A stretch of 64,000 nt of DNA from assembly GCA_050743365.1 (NCBI GenBank), contig JBOGFI010000050.1, positions 2,917 to 66,916 of the forward strand. Direction: 5' to 3'. The DNA is from Acidimicrobiia bacterium (GTDB taxonomy: Bacteria > Actinomycetota > Acidimicrobiia > IMCC26256 > JACDBD01). Position numbers and translations under genes: made by a program. The notes beneath the pieces are model-generated. The model ran no database searches. It had not been told where the DNA came from and was given only the letters and a program-made list of their open reading frames with translations. Shown here piece by piece: positions 19,731-29,972 of this stretch; position 1 is the stretch's first letter; each line of letters opens with the position of its first letter.

Positions 19731-19868
19731 GGAGTGGGCTCATATCACTCATATCGGCTCATTAGGTGAGCGTTACACTACCGTCAGCGCGTCCTCGTGA
19801 CTCCATGCCGCGGATAGGCCGCCACCGCAGGCCGCGTGCGACACCAATGTCGACTCCCAAGCGCGAGT

Positions 19869-20975
19869 TCATCGCTCGTGGCTGCCGAGGACGGTTGGAG
19901 CCCTCGACGCCCGTGGTCCCGCCTGCCATGCATTCGCGGCGAGCCACCGCAGCTGCGACCGCCGCATGGAGCTGCGATGGCCGTCCACGGACTGCCACCC
20001 CCGCTGGTCTCCAACGTGACGGAGTAGCACTGAGGCCGGGACAAACCAGCCGGGAAGGCTCGCCAGCCTGCGAAGGAGTCGAACGCACCGCTCTTCCATC
20101 CGCCCGCTCGGCATACCCCGTCCCACCAGATCGAACCTGGAACCGAGGTGGGTGTGGACGATGCACGCGCCGCCCTCGGCAAGGAGGCGATCTTGGTTGC
20201 GCTCAGAGATGAGCTCGCAAAAGTCCCTGATGCCGGACCCGTGACTCGAGCTGAACCAGTAGCCGACATGAGGCCGGCGAGGATCGTGGTAGGGCATCAG
20301 TGGATCGCAGTTCAGCGTGTTGATATCCGGAAACACCATGTTTCGTACGAACGTGACCCGCGCCTTGCAAACGTCACCCCAGAAGTACGCCGAGCCCGGG
20401 TCATGGCCATACGAGGCGGGCCAGCCGCCTCGGAAGCGCCTCGTCGCCCCGTAAAGCCACCGAACGGGCTGGTCGAAGCGCTCGCGGCCCCAGTAGAGCG
20501 ACTCCGCCTGTCCGACGTGGTTCGCGTGGATCGTCGGATCCGAGCCCGTGACCTCGCGAAAGAAGTCGAGGCCTTCGACTACGCGGTCGCGAACTGAAGG
20601 CCCGTCCGAGACTCCGTGCAACGCAATTTCGAAGCCGTGCCGCTGGAGGGCCTCGATCCAATGCCTGTAGGCGGCATCCTCCAGCGTGTGACCCCCGGTG
20701 TGTCCCGGTCCGTTTGGCCGGAGCGGCCAAACGGTCTTCGTGGTGAGGAGTCCAAGGTCGTACAGAACGTCGTACACGGGTGATGTGTTGGCGACGGTTG
20801 CGCGATCCGTGTCATCGACGATCGTGAAGGCGAACTTGCGCCCATCGGGCCACTGGATACTGTCGCGTCGCCGCGCCACGTCGGCGAGGTTACCGACGAT
20901 TGCACCGACCTGGCTGCCGAGAGGCCCGGGTTCGGCGAAACGGACTGAAGCACGACCACGCTCGCACATGGTCAT
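19869..20975 (-). CDS. Polysaccharide deacetylase-like (NodB-type barrel) protein
   Basis: ORF 19869..21116. The first ATG would overlap the divergent neuB start, so I prefer ATG 20975 or 20969. FAFTIVDDTD and EIALHGVSDG resemble NodB motifs 1 and 2. The assignment is tentative. Confidence 0.45.
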   Translation of the reverse strand: MTMCERGRASVRFAEPGPLGSQVGAIVGNLADVARRRDSIQWPDGRKFAFTIVDDTDRATVANTSPVYDVLYDLGLLTTKTVWPLRPNGPGHTGGHTLEDAAYRHWIEALQRHGFEIALHGVSDGPSVRDRVVEGLDFFREVTGSDPTIHANHVGQAESLYWGRERFDQPVRWLYGATRRFRGGWPASYGHDPGSAYFWGDVCKARVTFVRNMVFPDINTLNCDPLMPYHDPRRPHVGYWFSSSHGSGIRDFCELISERNQDRLLAEGGACIVHTHLGSRFDLVGRGMPSGRMEERCVRLLRRLASLPGWFVPASVLLRHVGDQRGWQSVDGHRSSMRRSQLRWLAANAWQAGPRASRAPTVLGSHER

Positions 20976-21002
20976 CACAGGCGCGGCGAGCTCGCTTCGA
21001 GC

Positions 21003-21029
21003 TTGACTCGCGTGGACCGACACTAATAT
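21003..21029 (+). promoter_or_regulatory. Sigma-70-like promoter candidate for the neuB operon
   Basis: TTGACT (21003-21008), a 15-nt spacer, then TAATAT (21024-21029), about 60 nt upstream of GTG 21088. It is unusually AT-rich for this genome. The spacer is shorter than the optimal 17 nt. Confidence 0.35.
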
Positions 21030-21087
21030 CGGCGGGCGGTCGCCGAGAGCCGCGGCGTCCTTGACGCAGCCCGCTTGAGCTGTCGGG

Positions 21088-22152
21088 GTGTTTCTCGTGA
21101 GTGAGTCGTTGGGCACGGCCTGGTCCGACCTCGTCGAATGGCGCGGTGGGGGCTGCCTGATCGTGGCCGAGGTCGCCCAGACCCACGACGGCAGCCTGGG
21201 TCAAGCTCACGCGTTCATCGATGCCGTCGCCGGGACGGGCGCAGACGCCATCAAGTTCCAGACACATTTGGCGGCAGCCGAGAGTACCCCCGCGGAGCCG
21301 TGGCGGGTCCCGTTCAGCTACGAGGACGAGACCCGCTACACCTACTGGCAACGCATGGAGTTCACCCCCGCGCAATGGGAAGGGCTCGCCCGCCACGCGC
21401 GCGACAAAGAGCTGCTGTTCCTGAGCTCGCCGTTCTCCCTCGAGGCCGTCGACCTCCTCGAGGCCATCGGCATGCCGGCATGGAAGATCGCCTCGGGAGA
21501 GGTGGGAAATACCGCGCTGCTCGATCGCGTCACTGCCACAAGCGCGCCCGTGCTGCTGTCCAGCGGGATGAGCGACCTCGCCGAGCTCGACACCGCCGTC
21601 GAGCGCGTCCGAGCCGCCGGCAACGACGTGGTCGTGCTGCAGTGCGCTACCACCTATCCGTGCCCACCGGAGTCGGTCGGCCTGAATCTCCTCGCCGAGC
21701 TCCGCGACCGCTACGCGTGCCCGGTCGGCCTCTCCGACCACTCCGCCACGATCTACGCCGGCCTCGCCGCCGCGACGCTCGGCGCCGCGGTGCTCGAGGT
21801 GCACGTCACCCTGAGTCGTGAGATGTTCGGTCCCGACGTACCCGCATCGCTCACTACCGCCGAGCTCGGCCAGCTCGTCGACGGAGTGCGGTTCATCGAA
21901 GCCATGCTCTCGAACCCGGTGGACAAAAACGCCGCTGCGACCCACCTCGAGCCGACGCGGCGGCTCTTCACCCGAAGCGTTGTCGCACGATCCGACCTCG
22001 AGGCCGGTCACGTGCTCACCGCGGATGACCTCGTTGCCAAGAAGCCGGGCACGGGCATCCCCGCCACCCGGTTGCCCGAGCTGGTGGGACGGCGCCTCCG
22101 CCGTGCCATCGACCGCGATGCGCTGCTCGCCCCCGAGGACCTGGACTCCTGA
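21088..22152 (+). CDS. neuB: N-acetylneuraminate (nonulosonate) synthase
   Basis: 354 aa: LIVAEVAQTHDGSL, GADAIKFQTH, WKIASGE, GLSDHS, and a C-terminal SAF-like domain. Confidence 0.85.
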   Translation: MFLVSESLGTAWSDLVEWRGGGCLIVAEVAQTHDGSLGQAHAFIDAVAGTGADAIKFQTHLAAAESTPAEPWRVPFSYEDETRYTYWQRMEFTPAQWEGLARHARDKELLFLSSPFSLEAVDLLEAIGMPAWKIASGEVGNTALLDRVTATSAPVLLSSGMSDLAELDTAVERVRAAGNDVVVLQCATTYPCPPESVGLNLLAELRDRYACPVGLSDHSATIYAGLAAATLGAAVLEVHVTLSREMFGPDVPASLTTAELGQLVDGVRFIEAMLSNPVDKNAAATHLEPTRRLFTRSVVARSDLEAGHVLTADDLVAKKPGTGIPATRLPELVGRRLRRAIDRDALLAPEDLDS

Positions 22153-22153
22153 C

Positions 22154-23311
22154 GTGGCCCGTCGCAAGGTCTGCGTGGTCGTGACCGCCCGCCCGAGTTA
22201 CAGCCGGATCAAGACGGCGCTCCGCGCGATCGCCGACCACCCGGACCTCGATCTGCAGGTGGTCGTCGCGGCTTCCGCCCTGCTCGACCGTTACGGCAAC
22301 GCAGTAGACCAGGTTCGCTCCGACGGATTCGGGATCGACCGCGAGATCTTCATGGTGCTCGAGGGCGAGACCCCCATGGCGATGGCCAAGACCACCGGCC
22401 TCGGGCTGCTCGAGCTGGCCACCGCGTTCGACAACCTCGCGCCCGACGTCGTCGTGACCGTCGCCGACCGCTACGAGACCCTGGCGACGGCGGTGGGTGC
22501 CGCCTACCTGAACATCCCACTTGCCCACGTCCAGGGAGGCGAGGTCACGGGCTCGATCGACGAGAAGGTCCGCCATGCAGTGACGAAGCTCGCCGACCTT
22601 CACCTGGTGTCGACCGAGCGGGCGGCCGAACGCGTCATCCGCATGGGCGAGGACCCCGACACGGTCTTCGTCACCGGCTGTCCCTCGATCGACCTCGCCG
22701 CCGAGATCCTCGACGCGCCCGAGGTGGACTTCGACCCGTACGAGCGCTACGGGGGTGTCGGGGCGTCCTTCGACCTGAACTCCGACTACCTGGTGGTCCT
22801 CCAGCATCCCGTGACCACCGAATACGAGGAGGCGCGGGCCCATGTCACCGAGACGCTCCACGCCGTGGATAAGTCCGGGCTGCCCACGTTGTGGTTCTGG
22901 CCCAACGTCGACGCCGGGTCCGACGGCACCTCCGGCGGGATCCGAGCCTTTCGCGAGCAGCACCAGCCAGCGGGCATTCACTTCTTCAAGAACATGGCCC
23001 CGAGCGACTTCATCCGGATCGTCTACAACTCCCGGGCCATCGTCGGGAACTCGAGCATGGCCGTCCGGGAATGCTCGTTCCTCGGGGTGCCGGCGGTGAA
23101 CATCGGGAGCCGGCAGGCCGGTCGCGAGCGCGGCACGAACCTGGTCGACGTCGGCTACGACCGGTCCGCGATCGTGAGCGCGATCAAGGCGCTCGGCCGC
23201 CGTTCCGGTCCCGGGACCGACCTCACCTACGGCGACGCCAAGGCCGGTCCGCGCATCGCCGAGCGCCTTGCCGAGGTCGAGCTCCGCTACGACAAGAAGC
23301 TCGCCTACTGA
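22154..23311 (+). CDS. neuC: UDP-N-acetylglucosamine 2-epimerase (hydrolysing)
   Basis: GTG 22154 inside ORF 21818..23311, 1 nt after the neuB stop. Motifs are VCVVVTARPSYSRI and HVQGGEVTGSIDEKVRHAVTKL. Confidence 0.8.
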   Translation: MARRKVCVVVTARPSYSRIKTALRAIADHPDLDLQVVVAASALLDRYGNAVDQVRSDGFGIDREIFMVLEGETPMAMAKTTGLGLLELATAFDNLAPDVVVTVADRYETLATAVGAAYLNIPLAHVQGGEVTGSIDEKVRHAVTKLADLHLVSTERAAERVIRMGEDPDTVFVTGCPSIDLAAEILDAPEVDFDPYERYGGVGASFDLNSDYLVVLQHPVTTEYEEARAHVTETLHAVDKSGLPTLWFWPNVDAGSDGTSGGIRAFREQHQPAGIHFFKNMAPSDFIRIVYNSRAIVGNSSMAVRECSFLGVPAVNIGSRQAGRERGTNLVDVGYDRSAIVSAIKALGRRSGPGTDLTYGDAKAGPRIAERLAEVELRYDKKLAY

Positions 23312-24021
23312 TGCGGGTACTGGGGCTCATACCCGCACGCGGAGGCTCGAAGGGGATCCAGCGCAAGAACGTCAGGGCGCTCGGAGGACGGCCGCTCCTC
23401 GCCTACACGGCAGAGGCCGCGCTGTCGGCGAGGACGCTCAGCCGCGTGGTGCTCTCCACCGAAGACGAGGAGATCGCCGACCTCGGCCGGGCCCTTGGTC
23501 TCGACGTGCCGTTCCTGCGGCCGGCCGCGCTCGCCGACGACGAGGCCCCGATGCTGTCGGTCGTCCAGCACGTCCTCAGCGCGCTGGAGGGCGCGGGCGA
23601 CCGATACGACGCCGTCTGCTTGCTCCAGCCCACCAACCCACTGCGGACCGCCGAGACGATCGACGCGTGCGTCCAGCTCCTCGAGCGCAGCGGCGCCGAC
23701 GCCGCCGTCACGGTCTTGCCCATTCCCACCGAGCACAATCCCCACTGGGCATTCGAGGTGGGAGCCGACGGCTTTCTGCGACTGACCACCGGCGAGGCGC
23801 AGCCCATCACCCGCCGCCAGGACCTTCCACCGGCATTCCACCGTGAGGGGTCCGTTTACGTCACTCGCGTTCCCGTCGTGCTCGCAGGCAGCCTCTACGG
23901 CGGGCGCCTCGTCGGCCTCGAAGTGCGCCCCGACCAGAGCGTGAACCTCGACGAGCCAGGTGACTGGGCACGCGCCGAGACGCTTCTCGCTGCAGGCGCG
24001 AGGGCACCGGCCGGATCGTGA
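23311..24021 (+). CDS. neuA: Acylneuraminate cytidylyltransferase (CMP-nonulosonate synthetase)
   Basis: ATG 23311 inside ORF 22891..24021, in a TGATG overlap with neuC. The N-terminus reads MRVLGLIPARGGSKGIQRKN, and LLQPTNPLR is present. Confidence 0.85.
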   Translation: MRVLGLIPARGGSKGIQRKNVRALGGRPLLAYTAEAALSARTLSRVVLSTEDEEIADLGRALGLDVPFLRPAALADDEAPMLSVVQHVLSALEGAGDRYDAVCLLQPTNPLRTAETIDACVQLLERSGADAAVTVLPIPTEHNPHWAFEVGADGFLRLTTGEAQPITRRQDLPPAFHREGSVYVTRVPVVLAGSLYGGRLVGLEVRPDQSVNLDEPGDWARAETLLAAGARAPAGS

Positions 24022-25115
24022 CCTCCTTCCCGAAGGTGGTCTTCGTGGCCGGCACCCTCGGGGTCGGCGGCGCCGAGCGCCAGCTCTACTACATGGCCAG
24101 AACGCTTCGGGAGCACGGCGCCGAGCCGGAGGTCGTGTCGTTGACCCAGGGGGAACACTGGGAGCCGCGAATCCGCGAGCTGGGAGTACCCGTGCACTAC
24201 GCCGGCGCGGTTCACTCGCGGCCGGTTCGCGCGGCTCGAATCGCGTTTCTCGCCCGTCGGATCCGACCGGACGTGGTGCAGAGCTCCCACTTCTACACGA
24301 ACCTCTACGCCAGCCTCGCGGCCCGAGCAGCCGGCGCCCGCGACATCGGGGCAATCCGAAACGACGCGATCCGGACCGTCAGAGATGCCGGTCGGTGGGG
24401 ACAAGCATTGCTGCGTGTCCCTCGCGCCCTCGCCGTGAACTCGACCCGCGCCCGCCATCAGGCGATCGGCATGGGAGTCCACGCCGATCGGGTCGTCTAC
24501 CTTCCCAGCGTGGTGGACACATCGCTGTTCACGCCCGCGCCTGCCGTCGAGGGGCCCGAGACCGTCGTGCTGAGCGTCGGGCGCCTCGTGGAGCAAAAGC
24601 GGCACGACCGCTTCCTGCGGGTACTCCGTCGGGTCATCGACCGCGCACCGTGCGGCACCAGAGTGCGCGGCATCATCCTGGGCGACGGGCCGTTGGGCGC
24701 AACACTCGAGGCGCAAGCTGCAGAGCTCGGGCTCGGCGGCGAGGCGCTCACGTTTCTCGCCGATCCCGACAGCCCGCCTGTGTACCAGTCGGCGAGCATC
24801 TTCGTCCTCGCGTCCGACTACGAAGGCACGCCCAATGTGATCCTCGAAGCCATGGCGACCGGGCTCCCCCTTGTGGCCTGCGATGTCGGAGAGGTCGCTG
24901 CCCTCGTCGAAGAGGGGGTTACCGGATACATCCTCCACCCCGGCGACGAGGACCGTACGGTCGAAAGAGTGCTGGAGCTCGTGCGTGACCCGGCAGAGCG
25001 GCGGCGCCTCGGAGCCGAGGGCCGGCGGCGAGTCGAGCACGGGCGGTCGATCGCAAGGCTCGCCGTCGAGCTGAGCACGCTCTATGAGCGGTGTGGCACA
25101 GCGGTGGGCCGCTGA
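24018..25115 (+). CDS. GT4 family glycosyltransferase
   Basis: 365 aa with a GTGA overlap with neuA. Motifs are GGAERQ and the EX7E region SDYEGTPNVILEAMATGLPLV. Confidence 0.8.
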   Translation: MTSFPKVVFVAGTLGVGGAERQLYYMARTLREHGAEPEVVSLTQGEHWEPRIRELGVPVHYAGAVHSRPVRAARIAFLARRIRPDVVQSSHFYTNLYASLAARAAGARDIGAIRNDAIRTVRDAGRWGQALLRVPRALAVNSTRARHQAIGMGVHADRVVYLPSVVDTSLFTPAPAVEGPETVVLSVGRLVEQKRHDRFLRVLRRVIDRAPCGTRVRGIILGDGPLGATLEAQAAELGLGGEALTFLADPDSPPVYQSASIFVLASDYEGTPNVILEAMATGLPLVACDVGEVAALVEEGVTGYILHPGDEDRTVERVLELVRDPAERRRLGAEGRRRVEHGRSIARLAVELSTLYERCGTAVGR

Positions 25116-25117
25116 GC

Positions 25118-26879
<1,762 letters not shown>

Positions 26880-26902
<23 letters not shown>

Positions 26903-28373
26903 CGGTCTCGACGCTCGCCCGCGCCTGCTGGCCGCCTTGCCGCGAGGTGAGGCGATACGGAACTTCGTGTACTCGGGCATCCTCGATGCCATCGCCGAGT
27001 CCGTCGACCTTGAGGTCGCAACCGTGCTGCCAAATGACGAGCTCGCGGAATTGCTGCGATCCCTCTACGGCGACATCCTCCCGCTCGAACCGTGGCGAGA
27101 CCGCTGGGGTGTCGGGGCGATCCGTGAGCTGCTCGACCTCGCCCATGGGCGCTGGGTGTGGTCGGAGGCGGCTCAGGAACGTTGGCGGCTGCGGAACCTT
27201 GAAGCGACGACAGCGCGGGCCCGGGTCAACCGGGCGGCTAAGCGAACGGCCGCACGCGTGCTCGCCCGACCCAGCGGTCTATCGCTCCTCGAACGAGCCT
27301 ACGACGGGGCGAGCGCTCGTTGGCCCTCGAGCCGCGTGTTCCGGGAGCGGTTGGCGGCGTCACCACCGTCCCTCGTCTTCAACGCCTCGCAGGTGCACGG
27401 TGAAACGGTCCGAGGGCTCATCACGGCGGCCCGATCGCTCGCCATCCCGACCGCCGCGTTCCTCTTCTCCTGGGACAACCTGACCTCCCAAGGGCGGATC
27501 ATTCCGAGCTATGACTGCTACCTCGCTTGGAGCGAGACGATGCGCGACGACCTCTTGCGGATGTATCCATCGGTCGACCCGGCGGCCGTCTTCGTGACTG
27601 GGACACCACAGTTCGACGCCCACTTCCGGACCGAGCATGCATGGTCGAGAGAGGAGTATTGCGGTCGGATCGGCGCCGATCCCGAGCGTCCGATCGTTCT
27701 CTACAGCACGGGTATGCCAAACCACATGCCCGGTGAGCCGTCGATCGTCGAGGGCATCGCCGACCGTCTGGCGCGTCGCGGCGATCTCGGTCGCCCCCAG
27801 CTCGTGGTCAGGGTGTACGCAAAGGACCGGACGGGCCGCTTCCACGACCTCGCTCGACGCCGTCCCGACATCATCTTCCCGCCGGTCCCCTGGGAGCCCA
27901 ACTGGCTCACACCCCTACCGGAGGACACCGCGCTGTGGTCGAACATCCTCCGGCACGCCGATGTCGGCATCAACGTCGCCTCGACCGTCTCTTTGGAACT
28001 GTGCATGTTCGACCGGCCCGTAGTGAACGTCGGATACAACCCGCCGGGCGTGCCTACTTGGCAGTTGGACTACTCGCGCTACTACCGCTTCGATCACTAC
28101 CGCCCGGTCGTGGCCAGCGGCGCCGTCGAGGTCGCCTCATCGCCCGACAGCCTGATGGACGCCGTTGCGCAGGCGATCAGCAGACCCTCGCTCTGCTCTC
28201 CTATGCGCCAACAACTGCTTGCACGACTCTTTGGCGAGCATCTGGACGGTAAGGCACGCCAGCGCGTTGCGGAGCGCCTCGTCGAGCTGACGACTGCAGC
28301 CGGATCCATGCAGACGTTGCGCCGCTCGGGGACCTCCGAGCCCCGAGGGAGCGCTGCTCCGAGCCGCACGTGA
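26880..28373 (+). CDS. Uncharacterised GT-B-like transferase (candidate nonulosonate or glycerophosphate transferase)
   Basis: 497 aa with a GTG start that overlaps the asnB end by 23 nt. It has a two-Rossmann-like layout. PIVLYSTGMPNH and ILRHADVGINVASTVSLELCMFDRPVVNV resemble the acceptor/donor half motifs of TagF-like and other GT-B enzymes. No family was recognised with certainty. Confidence 0.4.
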
Positions 28374-29434
28374 CTTCAGCCGGCCTGCGAGCGAGCGAGG
28401 CGATGGACACGGCTCCCTGTCTGCGGGGCGGACCGTTGGCAGATCCTGGATGGGCAATCGTGCACGCTACGTCTTCGCTTGGAAGTTCGGACCGGGCGTC
28501 GATGATCCGAGCCGCGCTCATCCCTCTCGTGTTCGACGGCATGGAGTCGGCGTTCGCCTCGCGGGAGGACCGTCTCCCCCTCGTACAGAGGATGCTCAGC
28601 GACGCTGCCAATTCGACTGCAGCCATGACCGGGAGCGGTCTTGCCGCGCTTGGTGCAGCCGTCGATCAGACTCCGCGTCCCATCGACGCTGTCGATACGG
28701 GCGTGGCGGCCACAACCGGTGCACACTACGGCCGTCTATTCGAGCGCTTCTCCTCGAAGTCGTTCTGGGACGAACCGCGCGAGTTGTTGAGAACACGTCT
28801 CGAGCGCAACGGAATCCCACTCGATTGCATCCGCGACCGGTCGGTCCTCGACGCCAGCTGCGGCGGCGGTCGCTACTCCGTTGCGTGGCGACTCTTGGGG
28901 GCTCGGAGCGTCACTGGGCTCGACGTCTCGGCGACGGGTATCGGCAGTGCCCGCGACCGCGTTCTGAGCGCGGGGATCGATGGCGTGTCGTTCACACAGG
29001 GGGACGTCCTGGACCTCCCCTGCGAGGATGACGCTTTCGACATCGTGTTCTCCAACGGCGTGCTGCACCACACGGTCGAATGGCAGCGTGGCGTGCAAGA
29101 ACTCGTACGTGTTCTCCATCCCGGTGGTATGGGCTGGTTGTATCTGATCGAGAAGCCGGGCGGCCTGTTCTGGGATCTGATCGAGATTCTTAGGGTCATA
29201 ATGCACGGCGAGAGCAGCCAACGCGTCCGAACCGTCCTTCAGTCCTTCGGCTTTTCAGCGAATCGGGTGTACTACATGCTCGACCACGTGATGGTGCCCA
29301 TCAACAAGCGCCTCACCGCTGATGAGATCACGGACGAGCTCCACCTGGCGGGGGCATCGGGTATCCGACGGTTGGAGCGCGGCGTCGACTTCGATCGCGT
29401 TGAGGCAACCACCGGGGTGATCCATTCGTACTAG
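28370..29434 (+). CDS. Class I SAM-dependent methyltransferase
   Basis: 354 aa with a GTGA overlap with the upstream gene. The SAM motif is VLDASCGGGRYS, followed by DIVFSNGVLHH. The ~120-aa N-terminal extension is unassigned. Confidence 0.7.
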   Translation: MTSAGLRASEAMDTAPCLRGGPLADPGWAIVHATSSLGSSDRASMIRAALIPLVFDGMESAFASREDRLPLVQRMLSDAANSTAAMTGSGLAALGAAVDQTPRPIDAVDTGVAATTGAHYGRLFERFSSKSFWDEPRELLRTRLERNGIPLDCIRDRSVLDASCGGGRYSVAWRLLGARSVTGLDVSATGIGSARDRVLSAGIDGVSFTQGDVLDLPCEDDAFDIVFSNGVLHHTVEWQRGVQELVRVLHPGGMGWLYLIEKPGGLFWDLIEILRVIMHGESSQRVRTVLQSFGFSANRVYYMLDHVMVPINKRLTADEITDELHLAGASGIRRLERGVDFDRVEATTGVIHSY

Positions 29435-29585
29435 TCAAGTACGGCGTCGGTGAACAGCGCTTCGTCTTCTCCAAGAAGAGACTGGCGTAAACGCGCGGTT
29501 AGGAGGCCGAACCCCGGGGCCCGGCGGACACCGGAGGTCGTCCTGTGAAAACCTACGGTGTTCGCGACGCGGCAAAGGGGATGCT

Positions 29586-29840
29586 GTGAGGCTGTCCGAG
29601 GCTCAGCGTCTTCTTCGTGACCTTCTGGCCGCGCATACGGGCCTCGACCCCGAGGCCATCGATCTAGACATGCGGCTTGTAGAGGATCTGGGGCTCGATT
29701 CGGTCGATGCCGTGGAGCTATTGACTTCGACCGAGCGGCAAACGGGACTGCTATTCGAGGTCGAGCAGCTCGAGGACATCCAGACTGTGGGTGACGTGGT
29801 GGATCGTCTAATGGAGGTGTCGATCACGGATCCCGACTGA
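29586..29840 (+). CDS. Acyl/peptidyl carrier protein
   Basis: 84 aa with a GTG start and AAAGGGGA upstream. The phosphopantetheine attachment motif is LGLDSVDAVELL. Confidence 0.75.
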   Translation: MRLSEAQRLLRDLLAAHTGLDPEAIDLDMRLVEDLGLDSVDAVELLTSTERQTGLLFEVEQLEDIQTVGDVVDRLMEVSITDPD

Positions 29841-29972
29841 AGGAAAGGCGAGTGGTTATGACGCCACGCGCCGAACAACTGGCGCGTCGCTACTGAACCA
29901 GTGCGGGTCGGCTGAACTACGAGGTGCGGGCGCAGGTAACACCCGAGTGCAACGCCCGAGGCTCCGCGTCCC

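Noticed and set aside
29858-29896. 12-codon mini-ORF (MTPRAEQLARRY) with the hairpin ACGCGCC-gaacaact-GGCGCGT just after the carrier-protein gene
   Set aside because: It is too short to call as a gene. The hairpin lacks a U-tract and may simply be a weak terminator between the convergent ACP and ABC genes.
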